Positions 28,823 through 39,567 are shown, counted from the first letter of the stretch. The stretch: DNA of 47,914 nt from Spirochaetota bacterium (GCA_050298055.1 JBNKTL010000039.1:1-47914), one strand, 5' to 3'. Numbers and translations: made by a program. Notes: generated by a model from the letters alone, not told the origin.

Positions 28823-30362
28823 CTACGATTCCTTTACCTACAACCTCTATGCCCTCTTCAGGGAGTGCAATGCCGACGTGGAGATAATCAGGAATGATAA
28901 GTACGTTCCCGCGGACAACTATGACGGTATCATCATTTCACCGGGTCCGTCAAATCCCGAGAATTCGGGGACGTCACTTAAATACCTGGAGAACTACATG
29001 GGGAAGAAACCCATATTTGGTGTCTGCCTGGGAATGCAGTGTATTGCCCATGCTTTGGGGTACAAAGTCGGGCATGCCAAAACAGTAAAGCATGGAAAGA
29101 TTGACACAATATCCGTAAAAGGTAATTCTGTACTTTTTAAAAATCTTCCCGAAAGCTTTGATGTTGTGAGGTACCACTCCCTTGCGGCTGATATTGATAA
29201 TGAGCTCGTTACTTCCCGGTCCGGTGATGATGATGTGGTCATGTCTCTGGAAGACAGGGAGAAGCAGCTTTTCGGGCTCCAGTTTCATCCCGAGTCAATA
29301 CTCAGCGAATACGGGAGGGAGATAGTAAATAACTTTCTCGATTTTATCGGATACAGGGGGAAAAAGATGAAAAACATAGTCAGCAGTATAAACGGGGGCA
29401 AGAGCCTCAACTACAATGAAGCGGTAGATTTCTTCCAGATGATGGTTGACGGGTCTCTCACCGAAGCGCAGATGGGGTCGACCCTTATTTCCATGAACAA
29501 AAGGGGAGAAACAGTTGATGAACTGGCAGGACTTATATCTGTCCTCAATACCCATAAGAAGAAGTTTACCCGGGACGAGGAGAGGTGTGTAGATACCTGC
29601 GGTACCGGCGGCGACGGAAAATCCACTGTGAATGTTTCAACGGCGGTGAGCATTATCCTGGCGTCCCTGGGCTACAGGATCGTCAAGCATGGAAATACCG
29701 CCCAGAGCGGTAAGGTGGGTTCGGCGGATATACTCCGGAGCATGGGGCTTGACCTCAACTACGAGGGAACCTCCCCCGAGGAATTCTTCAACAAAAACAA
29801 CTTTGTCTTCCTCTTCGCGCAGCACTATCATCCCGCGCTGAAAGGGATCGGGAAGGTGCGGCGTGAGATCATGTCCCCCACTATCTTCAACTTTGTGGGT
29901 CCCCTGGTGAATCCCGCTGATCCGGAAAACCAGATCATCGGTATCAGTAAAAGGGAAAAACTCGACTTTATTTCCGATGCCGTGATGAAGCTGGGCAGGG
30001 ACAATATTACCGTCTACGCCTCTCATGACGGGTACGACGAGGTGTCCTCCAATGACAAAACCGACTGTATCGAGATCAAAAACGGATCAATGAACAGGTT
30101 CACCATTGACCCGTCCGATTATTTTACCCCCTTTCCCATGCCGGAGGTCAAAAATGCCGATGATGCCCTGAAGATGTTCAATGACGGAATGTCCGGAAAG
30201 GAGGAGAAGATCGCCAATATCTTTGCACTGAATACGGCCCTGGCCCTGAACAATATTGAGGAGATGGATATCGAGGAAGGGTTTAAAAAAGTAAAGGAAC
30301 ATATCATGAGCGGCAGCGCCGGGAAGAAGATGAAAGAGATGTTCGGCGGGGAGGCGAACTAG
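28803..30362 (+). CDS. trpGD: Fused anthranilate synthase component II / anthranilate phosphoribosyltransferase
   Basis: GATase motifs IDNYDSFTYN, SPGP, GVCLG and QFHPES, followed by TrpD motifs DTCGTGGDG, NVST, KHGN and GYDE. Confidence 0.95.
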   Translation: MFLMIDNYDSFTYNLYALFRECNADVEIIRNDKYVPADNYDGIIISPGPSNPENSGTSLKYLENYMGKKPIFGVCLGMQCIAHALGYKVGHAKTVKHGKIDTISVKGNSVLFKNLPESFDVVRYHSLAADIDNELVTSRSGDDDVVMSLEDREKQLFGLQFHPESILSEYGREIVNNFLDFIGYRGKKMKNIVSSINGGKSLNYNEAVDFFQMMVDGSLTEAQMGSTLISMNKRGETVDELAGLISVLNTHKKKFTRDEERCVDTCGTGGDGKSTVNVSTAVSIILASLGYRIVKHGNTAQSGKVGSADILRSMGLDLNYEGTSPEEFFNKNNFVFLFAQHYHPALKGIGKVRREIMSPTIFNFVGPLVNPADPENQIIGISKREKLDFISDAVMKLGRDNITVYASHDGYDEVSSNDKTDCIEIKNGSMNRFTIDPSDYFTPFPMPEVKNADDALKMFNDGMSGKEEKIANIFALNTALALNNIEEMDIEEGFKKVKEHIMSGSAGKKMKEMFGGEAN

Positions 30363-30363
30363 C

Positions 30364-31122
30364 TTGGGTACGTACCTTGATAAAATCATCCATGCCAAAA
30401 GAAAGGAAGTGGAAAATCTCTCTCTCCTTGAAAGGGAGAGGAAGAGAAAGCTGTTTGATCCCGTAAAGTCTCTGGGGGAAAAACCCTTCATAACCGAGAT
30501 CAAGAAGGCGTCGCCGTCAATGGGTGACATTAAAACAGACGTAGATATTGTCCTCCAGGCCGTGAGCTACCGGGACAGCGGTGCCGGGGCCATAAGTGTA
30601 CTTACCGATACCGGGTTCTTCAAAGGAAGTATAGAAGACATTGCTTCCGTTGCCCGGGAAGTTGCTCTCCCCCTCCTCTGCAAGGATTTTATTATCAGCG
30701 AGGTCCAGGTGGAAAACGCGTACAGGGCGGGGGCGGATTTTATCCTGCTCATAGCTGCGGTGCTGGATGAAAATGAACTGAAAGGCCTTACGGCCGCGGC
30801 ACAATCATACGGACTAAAAGTCCTCTATGAGATACATGGGAGTGAAGAATTCAAAAAATTCGAGAAACTCTCTCCCGAACTTGTGGGGGTTAATTCACGG
30901 GACCTGAAAACCTTCAGTATCGAAAAGGGAAAGGCTGCCGAAGTTATCGGCGGACTGAAGAAACAGGGGGGCTTCCTGGTTGTGGCGGAGAGCGGGATTG
31001 AAAACTCCGGTGACGTGAAAATGTTCAGGGACGCGGGAGCGGACGCCTTTCTTGTGGGAACCGTCCTGATGAAGTCAGCTGACCCTTCAGAGAAACTGAG
31101 AGAACTCTATTCGGGGTTATAA
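30364..31122 (+). CDS. trpC: Indole-3-glycerol phosphate synthase
   Basis: Motifs EIKKASPS, SVLTD, LCKDF, GVNSRDL and VAESGI; TTG start. Confidence 0.95.
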   Translation: MGTYLDKIIHAKRKEVENLSLLERERKRKLFDPVKSLGEKPFITEIKKASPSMGDIKTDVDIVLQAVSYRDSGAGAISVLTDTGFFKGSIEDIASVAREVALPLLCKDFIISEVQVENAYRAGADFILLIAAVLDENELKGLTAAAQSYGLKVLYEIHGSEEFKKFEKLSPELVGVNSRDLKTFSIEKGKAAEVIGGLKKQGGFLVVAESGIENSGDVKMFRDAGADAFLVGTVLMKSADPSEKLRELYSGL

Positions 31123-31124
31123 AA

Positions 31125-31664
31125 ATGTTCGTAAAGGTATGCGGATTAATGAGTTTTGAAGAAATTGACCGGGCGGTGGATCTGGGATATTCCGCAGTGG
31201 GTATCGTCCTTCACCCGGAGAGTAAAAGGTTTGTGGAGAAAACCCATGCGGTAAAACTTGCCGGCCACGCGGGGGAAAGGATCAGTAAAGTCGCGGTGGC
31301 AAAGAAGTTCGCGGACCTCGCGGATGTGGCGCCCTGCTTCGACTATATCCAGGTCTATGAGGAGATTGAGGCTGACAACCTTATCTACGCGGGGGGGAGG
31401 CTGCCGGATAAAATTGAGTTCAGGTACTTCCTCTATGATATAAGCGTGGGGAGCGGTGAGTTTGAGGAATTTCCCTCATGGCTGAAAGATACCAGGGAGA
31501 GACTTATCCTGGCCGGAGGCCTTGGCACGGGCAACGTGAGAAGGGTCATTGAGACCTTCAAGCCTTTCGGAGTGGATGTTTCCAGCGGTGTTGAAGAGGA
31601 TGGGAAAAAGAGCTTTGTTTTAATGAAAGAATTTATAGATGAGGTAAATAATGCGACCAGATAA
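31125..31664 (+). CDS. trpF: Phosphoribosylanthranilate isomerase
   Basis: Motifs VKVCG, LAGGL and GVDVSSGVE. Confidence 0.93.
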   Translation: MFVKVCGLMSFEEIDRAVDLGYSAVGIVLHPESKRFVEKTHAVKLAGHAGERISKVAVAKKFADLADVAPCFDYIQVYEEIEADNLIYAGGRLPDKIEFRYFLYDISVGSGEFEEFPSWLKDTRERLILAGGLGTGNVRRVIETFKPFGVDVSSGVEEDGKKSFVLMKEFIDEVNNATR

Positions 31665-32823
31665 CGGTTTTTTCGGAGAGTTCGGGGGGCAGTTTGTCCC
31701 GGAGACGCTCATTCCCGCCATTGATGAACTTGAAGCCGCTTTTCAGAGGTTCAGGAATGATGAAAATTCCCTGGGGGAGCTTAAAAAATACCGGGAGGAA
31801 TATACCGGAAGGCCCACGCCGGTCTATTTCGCGGAGAACCTCTCAAGGAAGTATGGGGTCAACATATACCTGAAGAGGGAGGACCTTCTCCATACAGGCG
31901 CCCATAAGATCAACAATGCCATCGGGCAGGGTATGCTTGCCAGGCATATGGGCAAGACACGGGTCATTGCCGAAACGGGGGCGGGGCAGCATGGAGTGGC
32001 CACGGCAACAGCCGCGGCCATGTTCGGGCTTGACTGCACTGTTTACATGGGAAGGGTGGACGCCCGGAGGCAGAAACCCAATGTCCAGAAGATGAAGCTC
32101 CTGGGCGCGGAGGTGGTCCTTGTTACCGACGGGCAGGAGACACTGAAGGACGCGGTGAGCGCGGCCCTTCGGGACTGGGTGTCAAATGTTCAGAACACAC
32201 ACTATATCATCGGTTCCGTGGTGGGGCCGCATCCTTTTCCGGAGATCGTTGCCTTTTTCCACGCGGTCATCGGGGAGGAGTCCGCGGAGTATTTCAGAAA
32301 AAAGGATTTTTTGCCCGATTTTGTTCTTGCCTGTGTTGGCGGCGGGAGCAACGCAATAGGGATTTTCCAGGGTTTTCTTGATACCGATGTCAGGCTCATA
32401 GGAGTTGAAGCGGGAGGACGGTCCCTGGACCCGGGAGAGAACTCTGCCACATTAACAAAAGGGAAAAAGGGAATTTTCCAGGGGACACTCTCCTATCTTT
32501 TACAGAACGAGAAGATGCAGATGCAGGATGTTCACTCTGTCTCTGCGGGGCTCGATTACCCCGGTGTGGGGCCCCAGCATTCATTTCTCCATGATACCGG
32601 GAGGGTGGAATATGTCCACATCTTTGATGATTCCGCCCTGAATGCGTTCAAAGAACTTACACGGCTCGAAGGGATCATTCCCGCCCTGGAATCGTCTCAT
32701 GCGCTCGCCTATGTCCTGGACAGCAGTGACAGGTTTAAAGGAAAAAATGTCCTGGTAAATCTTTCGGGCAGGGGAGACAAGGATTTTCCCATCATTGAAA
32801 AGTATCTGGCGGAGGAGTTATGA
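31651..32823 (+). CDS. trpB: Tryptophan synthase beta chain
   Basis: Motifs [36 protein letters not shown] and NLSGRGDKD. Confidence 0.98.
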   Translation: MRPDNGFFGEFGGQFVPETLIPAIDELEAAFQRFRNDENSLGELKKYREEYTGRPTPVYFAENLSRKYGVNIYLKREDLLHTGAHKINNAIGQGMLARHMGKTRVIAETGAGQHGVATATAAAMFGLDCTVYMGRVDARRQKPNVQKMKLLGAEVVLVTDGQETLKDAVSAALRDWVSNVQNTHYIIGSVVGPHPFPEIVAFFHAVIGEESAEYFRKKDFLPDFVLACVGGGSNAIGIFQGFLDTDVRLIGVEAGGRSLDPGENSATLTKGKKGIFQGTLSYLLQNEKMQMQDVHSVSAGLDYPGVGPQHSFLHDTGRVEYVHIFDDSALNAFKELTRLEGIIPALESSHALAYVLDSSDRFKGKNVLVNLSGRGDKDFPIIEKYLAEEL

Positions 32824-33524
32824 AAGGAATCTATCTATTAGGCGATTATCCTGACAGGGAGAAGTTTGCGGAGTCATTCAGGGCGGTGGCTGACGCGGGA
32901 TATGACTTCATCGAGGTGGGAATCCCCTTTAACGATCCCGTTGCGGACGGGCCTGTTATTGCCGCGGCGGTAAATGAATCGGTAAAAAGGGGTGTTTCTG
33001 CTGACGATATTATCGATATCCTGCACGATCTCAAAAACGTTAAGATTAAAAAATATATCATGACATATGCCAATATCATCTACTCCTACGGAATAAAGGA
33101 ATTTTCTCACCGGGTAAAGGATATCCTGGATGGTATCATTATCGCGGACCTGCCAAACAGGATGAGGCATCATTTCACTGACAGGGGATTTGAGGTCCCC
33201 ATAATACCCTTTGCCACACTTGAGACCAGGGATTCGGACATTGAGATCCTGAAAGACTCAGCAGGGGATTTTGTCTACTTCGTGGGGATCAGGGGAGTCA
33301 CCGGGTCCAGCGCTGATCTCAAATCCGAAGAAATTATATCAAAGATAGAAACTCTGAAAAAAATTACGGACAAGAAAGTCATCATCGGTTTCGGAATAAA
33401 AACCCCCGCGGACGCCCGGGACGCCGCTGACCTTGCGGACGGTTTCGTAGTGGGAACGGAGGCCGTGAAGAGACAGGGAAACCCCGGTGAACTGAAAGAT
33501 TACCTCAGGGAGCTTATTGGCTGA
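32820..33524 (+). CDS. trpA: Tryptophan synthase alpha chain (short form)
   Basis: Motifs [26 protein letters not shown] and GFGI. Confidence 0.93.
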   Translation: MKGIYLLGDYPDREKFAESFRAVADAGYDFIEVGIPFNDPVADGPVIAAAVNESVKRGVSADDIIDILHDLKNVKIKKYIMTYANIIYSYGIKEFSHRVKDILDGIIIADLPNRMRHHFTDRGFEVPIIPFATLETRDSDIEILKDSAGDFVYFVGIRGVTGSSADLKSEEIISKIETLKKITDKKVIIGFGIKTPADARDAADLADGFVVGTEAVKRQGNPGELKDYLRELIG

Positions 33525-33542
33525 ATAAAATTATGGAGAGTG

Positions 33543-33574
33543 AAAAAAGCGACGATACTTATCGTCGCTTTTTT
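33543..33574. terminator. Bidirectional intrinsic terminator
   Basis: AAAAAAGCGACGATA-CT-TATCGTCGCTTTTTT between the convergent trpA and flavoprotein genes. Confidence 0.9.
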
Positions 33575-33583
33575 GTTCTTTGA

Positions 33584-35002
33584 TCATGAGACTCTTTTTA
33601 TCCCGGTGACGGGGCCGGGAGCATTGTTTTTCAAAGAATTTTCTTCTTCCAGGGGGACCGCGTTTTTCAGCACGCTCCTGAAAGGCTGCAGCATCTGTGT
33701 TGTCATCTCTTTCTGGATCTTTTTCTTTAAAAAGGGTATTTTGCTCAGTAGGACCAGAAAGGTAATCAGCAGGTTTTGTAATCGTTTCTTATGAGGAAAA
33801 TCATAGATCCCCGTTTTTTTATAATACCTGTGATCAGCCTGGAAGACAAACCTGAGTCCCCCGTAGATATCGTCCCTGAATATCTTCATTCCTCCTTTCC
33901 CCAGGAAGGTAACGGGCCGGGTGATACTCTCTTTTGAAAGAGTAACGGCATCAAAGGCTGTGGAATCTATGATCCTGTCAATTGTGTCCGAATTTCCGCA
34001 CTCATCTGTTACAATATTCACAAGGTTTCCCTTCATGACCTCTGTGTACATCTGCAGTATTTCCCGGATATTGGAGTCCTGTGAGACCGGACCGCTTATG
34101 AGAAAGAGAACCTGCTTTCCCTCAAGGACCGGCCGGTGGTTATTAAAAAAGCTTCTCTCCAGGTAGCGCTGCCAGTATGATGAGAGGTACCTGTCGTGTA
34201 TCCTTCCGGCAAAGACCAGTATATGGGCATCCAGAACATTCTTTCTGTAGAACTCAATGTATTCATCATTTGTCTCTTCGTAAACGCACCTGTTCTCAAA
34301 TCCGCAGCGCAGGCAGCCGGTACAGTTATTCATCTTTAATGTTCTCAAATTGACAAGTTCCGTTTCCGGAAAGTTCATCCTGAAACGTTTTACCATAGCA
34401 GCGGTGTTTGAATCCTCACTTTCAATATCGGCAATCACCGTGATCTTTCCCGGCGCGTTGGTGAAGTTACCGGTTTCCGAAGGAGTGTATTTGAAATCAC
34501 TCAAGCGTAAGGGAGCGGATATTTTCTGCACGGGTAATATTTTCTCCCGGTAAGAGTGGACCCTTTTAAAGAAAGCCTCCAGGGACTTCCGCATTTTTGG
34601 ATTTCTGAGGTCATTCATCTCCGCGGGAAAGAAGTCCACATAATTCATCCCCAGGTCCCCGGATACGGACCTGAGATAATTGTTTGATGTGTGGTCCGCA
34701 AAGTGGATTGAAGTTGTGAGAGCGCCTCCGTATTTATCCTTGAAGACCTCTTCCTTATTCCGTTTGAAGATAAGCTCAATAAACTGTTTTAATCTTGAAG
34801 GGATCAGCAGGAAATAGACGGGGGTTCCCCAGAAAACAATATCTGCCGACCTGATGATCTCAAGGGCTTCATGGAATTTCTTTTCATCCTTTTCAAAGAG
34901 CCTGTATTTTTGTGCCGCGTTGATATTTTCAAGATACTTGAAATACTGCATGGTCACGCTCTTCATGCCTTTGGGGCTTCCGTTAAGAATTGTGATCTTC
35001 AT
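33584..35002 (-). CDS. NAD(P)H-dependent FMN reductase/flavodoxin-like protein with Fe-S Cys motif
   Basis: Motifs ILNGSPKG and TPVY; second domain has CTGCLRCGFENRC (iron-sulfur flavoprotein-like). Confidence 0.8.
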   Translation of the reverse strand: MKITILNGSPKGMKSVTMQYFKYLENINAAQKYRLFEKDEKKFHEALEIIRSADIVFWGTPVYFLLIPSRLKQFIELIFKRNKEEVFKDKYGGALTTSIHFADHTSNNYLRSVSGDLGMNYVDFFPAEMNDLRNPKMRKSLEAFFKRVHSYREKILPVQKISAPLRLSDFKYTPSETGNFTNAPGKITVIADIESEDSNTAAMVKRFRMNFPETELVNLRTLKMNNCTGCLRCGFENRCVYEETNDEYIEFYRKNVLDAHILVFAGRIHDRYLSSYWQRYLERSFFNNHRPVLEGKQVLFLISGPVSQDSNIREILQMYTEVMKGNLVNIVTDECGNSDTIDRIIDSTAFDAVTLSKESITRPVTFLGKGGMKIFRDDIYGGLRFVFQADHRYYKKTGIYDFPHKKRLQNLLITFLVLLSKIPFLKKKIQKEMTTQMLQPFRSVLKNAVPLEEENSLKNNAPGPVTGIKRVS

Positions 35003-35606
35003 TGTCTGTCTCCTTTATAATGCTATAATAGTCGATATTATTCAGTTTCAATATTTCATGGGCGATCAGGCGTCCTCCCATTGAGAAAAGCATCTCGTGG
35101 CATATCTTTTCGTTCCACGCATCAGGATCCATAAGAATCTGTGAAGCAATGCCGTGTGTGTAGATCCACATGTCCCGGAAAAGATTCTCTAATGTTTCGT
35201 CAGTAAGACTGTTTAATTTGCTGTCTTTTCTCATCTTTTCCAGAATACCCAGGAAAGGTTCTTTTTTGTAATCAAGAATAAAATGACGGCCTCCTTCTAT
35301 GAAGGCGTACTTAAAAAGCTCCGGCTCTTCCCTGCAGAATCTCAGGTATCCCATTCCAATTGAAAGAAAATGACTCTGTTCATCTTTGCTGGAAAGCATC
35401 ATTTCACCTGTCATTTTTCTTATTGCTTCCAGGAGCTTTTTTTCAAGTTCTTCAATGGTGCCGAAGACCCGGTAAATGGGCTGTGTTGATCCGCCCATGG
35501 CTTTGGCGATATTCCGGGAAGTGAGTCCCGGGCTTCCCGCGGTCCTGATCACATCCATTGATGCTCTGATGATTTCTTCATCTGTAAAATTTACTCTTGG
35601 CGGCAT
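34983..35606 (-). CDS. TetR/AcrR family regulator (WHG-like C-terminus)
   Basis: HTH LTSRNIAKAMGGSTQPIYRVF; C-terminal WIYTHGIA. Confidence 0.92.
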   Translation of the reverse strand: MPPRVNFTDEEIIRASMDVIRTAGSPGLTSRNIAKAMGGSTQPIYRVFGTIEELEKKLLEAIRKMTGEMMLSSKDEQSHFLSIGMGYLRFCREEPELFKYAFIEGGRHFILDYKKEPFLGILEKMRKDSKLNSLTDETLENLFRDMWIYTHGIASQILMDPDAWNEKICHEMLFSMGGRLIAHEILKLNNIDYYSIIKETDNEDHNS

Positions 35607-35619
35607 TATTCATCCTTTT

Positions 35620-35732
35620 GTAATTACTCACCTATTATGGCAAAAATAGATTTATTAAAATATTAACAATATGTCCCCGCCGCCCTGGGCGGCGGGGACA
35701 TCCCGGTTATTGTTTTTTTATTAATAATGATT
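35620..35732 (+). mobile_element. MITE-like element, copy B (right end not resolved)
   Basis: Left end GTAATTACTCA; perfect palindrome ATGTCCCCGCCGCCC-T-GGGCGGCGGGGACAT (35671-35701); arms align with copies A and D. Confidence 0.68.
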
Positions 35733-35735
35733 TTA

Positions 35736-35783
35736 TTAAATAACATATGTTATTTAAAGTAACAAATGTTATTTAAAAGTCAA
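35736..35783 (-). promoter_or_regulatory. Twin palindromic TetR-type operators overlapping a minus-strand promoter
   Basis: Perfect 22-bp TTAAATAACATATGTTATTTAA (35736-35757) and a second core TAACAAATGTTA (35760-35771); TTGACT-16nt-TACTTT on the minus strand. Confidence 0.72.
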
Positions 35784-35877
35784 GAACAAAATAATATTTT
35801 CTGCAAATCCTGTCTAAAAATCTTTTCCCAGGTTTCCGGAAAGAGTTCTGTTTTTGTATTGATAAAATGTTAAGACA

Positions 35878-37296
35878 ATGAAGAATAAACATACTATGGA
35901 AAGAAAAATCGTAGAAAAGCTGATAGATGAACTCGCATCAGTCATTAACAGTAATTCCATTGAAACCGATCCGGATATACTGGATAAATATTCCCGGGAC
36001 GAAACGGCGGACGCGGTTTTTATGCCGGATCTATTGGTGAGAGCGGAAAACAGTGAAGATGTGAGCCATGTTCTCAGGGTCTGCAATAAGATGAAAGTCC
36101 CTGTTGTTCCCCGGGGCGCGGGCAGCGGGGTAACAGGGGGGGCGCTCCCGGTCCATGGGGGACTGGTCCTCTCACTTGAGAGGATGAACCGAATACTGGA
36201 GATAGACACGGAGAACATGGTTGCCGTTGTTGAGCCGGGTGTCATTACCGGCGAACTGCAAAAAGCGGTCCTCGGGGAAGGTCTTCTCTATCCACCCGAT
36301 CCCGCGAGCCTTGATATCTGCTCAATCGGGGGCAATGTGGCGGAAAATGCGGGGGGGCCCAGGGCGGTGAAGTATGGAACCACAAAGGAATATATTCTCG
36401 GCCTGGAGTTTGTGACTCCCGACGGAACAATCATGTCCACGGGGGGCAAGATCGTGAAGGACGTTACCGGGTATAACCTGGCGGGAATTATCATCGGGTC
36501 CGAAGGGACACTTGCGGTGGTTACTAAAATATACCTGAAACTTATCCCCGCGCCTTCTGTAACCAAGGACCTTCTTATTCCCTTTGAGAGTATTGATGAC
36601 GCGGTTGACGCGGTCTACAACATCCTCACCGCAAGGATCGTACCTGCGACGCTGGAGTTTATGGAGGAGGACGCCATAAAACTTGTGGCAAAGTATCACG
36701 GGGGGAAGATCCCCTTCCCTGAAGCCGGGGCGCACCTTCTTATCCAGGTAAACGGCGAATCGGAGGAGAGCGTTAATGACAGCCTTGAGAGGATAGGGGA
36801 AGTAGTTGATGCGGACCCTGAAAAGATCTTCGCTGCCGAATCGGATATGCAGAGGGAGAGGCTCTGGAAAGCAAGAAGGGCCATCCGGGAAGCAATTCAT
36901 GATGAGGACCCCTGTTTTCTCGCGGAGGACTGTGTGGTCCCCCGGTCGCGTATCCCTGAATTTATCAAAGACCTGAAGCGGTACTTAACTTCGATGGATC
37001 TTCGATCTGTCATGTTCGGACATGCCGGTGACGGGAATGTGCACATAGACATTCTTAAGGGAGACAGGGAGTATGATCAGTGGAAGGCAATGCAGCCCGG
37101 TATAAAAAAAGAGGTTTATTCACGGGCTATTAAGTATGGAGGGACCATAACAGGGGAACATGGTGTGGGGATGCTCCGAAAAAACTATCTCACTATAAAG
37201 CTTTCACGGGAAGAGATCGAACTCATGAAGAGGATCAAGGATGCTTTTGATCCCAACGGGATACTCAACCCGGGAAAGATCTTTTCGGATGAGTAA
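35878..37296 (+). CDS. FAD-linked 2-hydroxyacid oxidase/dehydrogenase (GlcD-like)
   Basis: Motifs PRGAGSGVTGG, YPPDPAS, SIGGNVAENAGG, GSEGTL, GHAGDGNVH, GEHGVG and LNPGK. Confidence 0.92.
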   Translation: MKNKHTMERKIVEKLIDELASVINSNSIETDPDILDKYSRDETADAVFMPDLLVRAENSEDVSHVLRVCNKMKVPVVPRGAGSGVTGGALPVHGGLVLSLERMNRILEIDTENMVAVVEPGVITGELQKAVLGEGLLYPPDPASLDICSIGGNVAENAGGPRAVKYGTTKEYILGLEFVTPDGTIMSTGGKIVKDVTGYNLAGIIIGSEGTLAVVTKIYLKLIPAPSVTKDLLIPFESIDDAVDAVYNILTARIVPATLEFMEEDAIKLVAKYHGGKIPFPEAGAHLLIQVNGESEESVNDSLERIGEVVDADPEKIFAAESDMQRERLWKARRAIREAIHDEDPCFLAEDCVVPRSRIPEFIKDLKRYLTSMDLRSVMFGHAGDGNVHIDILKGDREYDQWKAMQPGIKKEVYSRAIKYGGTITGEHGVGMLRKNYLTIKLSREEIELMKRIKDAFDPNGILNPGKIFSDE

Positions 37297-37430
37297 AAAA
37301 GATGACACGAAAGGTTGTTGTGTGCATAAAAGTGCCATTTATCCAAAATATTTTTGACATTCAGGGGTAATAGTTGGTATTAATACCATAGCGTAAAAAA
37401 ATATAAATCAGTAAAAACAAACATATTGAA

Positions 37431-38720
37431 ATGAAAACAAAAATAATACCGATTACCTTTATACTCTTTTTTTATCTGGTTATCTTTGAAGGATATACAG
37501 ATGCAAATACTCTCTTTCTGGGAAATATCGAGAGTGTCTATCCGGATGGAGCCATAAATGCCCTGAAAAATCCCGCGCTTGTTTCTGCCCAGAAGGAGAA
37601 GAGCAGCCTTGGTCTGCTCCTTAACTACCGGGTGTATGATCAGGTTAACTCAGATTTAAATCTTGGTATTCTCACCGACGAAAAAACGGAGACTGAAATT
37701 GAGAAAGATATAACCGGGGGGACTTCAATTGTGTTCACAAAGAAATTTAATAAACAGGGATTTGGAATAGGTCTTTCCAATTCTGACAGTTATATCTATT
37801 CATATAAGGAAGAAAAGACGAGATTCTCCGGTACAACAGCGGCATCACAGGTTTACTCTGTTAATACAGAAGAAAAAGTGAAGAACATCAATCCCAAGAT
37901 AAGCTTCAACTACGGACTGCAGCTCGGTGAAAACAGCTTTTTCGGTTTGAAACTCACTGGTATCTATTCAAGAACTGATACCGAGTCCGAAACAACAGAG
38001 ATTGTAAAAGCCGGAACTGTGACTGTTTCTACGGTAAATAAAAATCATGATGAGATCAAAAGTATTATATCAGGAGAATTAAGTTTTGGCTTTTACTTTA
38101 ATGAAAAAGGGAGCCAGCTTGGTTTTATGGCAAAATCCGGAAAATTGAGCTTTGTTAAGTCTGATATTGATTATTATAATGATGAACTGACAGAACCAGA
38201 AGGCGAAAACAGTTATTCATATTATAAACAGTATAACGAAGGGGTTTCCTTACTGGCAGGAGGATATACAAGGCTTCTGCCGTTTTTAGGAATTGCCCTT
38301 GAAGGAGGATTTCAGCTGCCCGCCTACTATAACGAGAAAAGTTTTGATGATAAAACATTTGAATCCAAGGAGACATCTGTTGCCAATAAATCCGTAATTT
38401 TGATTAAAGGCGGATTGGATTTCATTCTGTCTCCCCGGTTAAGGGTTGACATTGGGGGAAATCTTTTCTTTGCAACAATTAGTGCGGATGGGGAAAACAC
38501 CAGCTACGGGAATAGTGATTACAGGGGATTCAACTGTATGGCCGGTTTGGATTATTATTCACAGGGAGGTATTCGTTTTATGGCCGGTACAGTAGTGAGC
38601 AGATTTGCCGGGACCGGGAAAAGCCAGATTGATGACGGAGCGGGTTCAGTTATAATGATGGATATGAAAAATATATTGCTGAGTATAAATGCTTACTTTG
38701 GAATAATGTATCTCTTTTAA
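37431..38720 (+). CDS. Outer-membrane beta-barrel protein, FadL/OmpP1-like
   Basis: Signal peptide; early NPA motif; amphipathic strands; C-terminal Phe (FGIMYLF). Confidence 0.6.
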   Translation: MKTKIIPITFILFFYLVIFEGYTDANTLFLGNIESVYPDGAINALKNPALVSAQKEKSSLGLLLNYRVYDQVNSDLNLGILTDEKTETEIEKDITGGTSIVFTKKFNKQGFGIGLSNSDSYIYSYKEEKTRFSGTTAASQVYSVNTEEKVKNINPKISFNYGLQLGENSFFGLKLTGIYSRTDTESETTEIVKAGTVTVSTVNKNHDEIKSIISGELSFGFYFNEKGSQLGFMAKSGKLSFVKSDIDYYNDELTEPEGENSYSYYKQYNEGVSLLAGGYTRLLPFLGIALEGGFQLPAYYNEKSFDDKTFESKETSVANKSVILIKGGLDFILSPRLRVDIGGNLFFATISADGENTSYGNSDYRGFNCMAGLDYYSQGGIRFMAGTVVSRFAGTGKSQIDDGAGSVIMMDMKNILLSINAYFGIMYLF

Positions 38721-38746
38721 TTGTGTTCTTTTAAAATGGCCATAAT

Positions 38747-39517
38747 ATGTTCATCGGAATCGATATAGGAAACACAAGGTCCCTTGTGGGCCTTTACAAT
38801 GACAATTCACCTGTCCCCTTTGAGTATATTTCTGTTTATACCAACAGGAATGTCTTCAGGACTGAAATTGAACTGATTTTAAAACAGAAGATCTCAGACT
38901 TTTCCGGGACTTCAGGTGAAATATCCGGTGCCGCCTTCTCAAGTGTGGTCCCTGAACTCCATGAAGATTTGAGAACACTTTTCAGAAAAAGCCTCAAAAC
39001 CGATATCCTTGAAATTAACCGGGGCTGCAAGCTGAAGATCATTCTTGACTATGACGACCCGGCCCAGCTTGGTGTGGACAGGATCGTCAATGCAGAGGCG
39101 GCTTATACCGTTTACGGGGGAGATACGGTTATTGTTGACCTGGGAACAGCCGTAACATTCTGTTTGATCAGGGGGAACAGGTTTGAAGGAGGATTGATCG
39201 CCCCGGGGATCGGGATATCCGGAAAAGCCCTCCACGGGAAAACCTCCCGGCTTCCCCATGTTGATTTCAGAAAACCGGAAAGACTTGTTTCTAAAAATAC
39301 CAAGGATGCCATACGGTCAGGTCTCTATTACGGCTGGACCTCCATGATAGAGGGTGTTTTTTCAAGAATTGAAGAGGATTATGGTGAAAAATTTCAGCTG
39401 GTCATAACCGGGGGAAATGCCAGGGTCCTGTCGGAATGCCTGAAGGGGGAATTCGTTCTGGATGAAGACCTGACAATGAAAGGAATTAAGTATATTTATG
39501 AACAAAATATTAGATAG
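38747..39517 (+). CDS. coaX: Type III pantothenate kinase
   Basis: Motifs IDIGNT, SSVVP, LGVDR, VDLGTAVT, GGLIAPG and TGG. Confidence 0.95.
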   Translation: MFIGIDIGNTRSLVGLYNDNSPVPFEYISVYTNRNVFRTEIELILKQKISDFSGTSGEISGAAFSSVVPELHEDLRTLFRKSLKTDILEINRGCKLKIILDYDDPAQLGVDRIVNAEAAYTVYGGDTVIVDLGTAVTFCLIRGNRFEGGLIAPGIGISGKALHGKTSRLPHVDFRKPERLVSKNTKDAIRSGLYYGWTSMIEGVFSRIEEDYGEKFQLVITGGNARVLSECLKGEFVLDEDLTMKGIKYIYEQNIR

Positions 39518-39567
39518 TGATTAGATTAATCATTGATAATAATTGTTTTATATTAAAAATAATCTGT

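Noticed and set aside
34900..34950. Possible short in-frame deletion near the flavoprotein N-terminus (YLE-NINAAQ)
   Set aside because: Based only on recollection of homolog length; cannot be supported without an alignment.
39509..39535. TAG/GAT-rich stretch as DnaA-trios
   Set aside because: Not a clean 3-nt register, and on the wrong side of the boxes relative to the B. subtilis arrangement.
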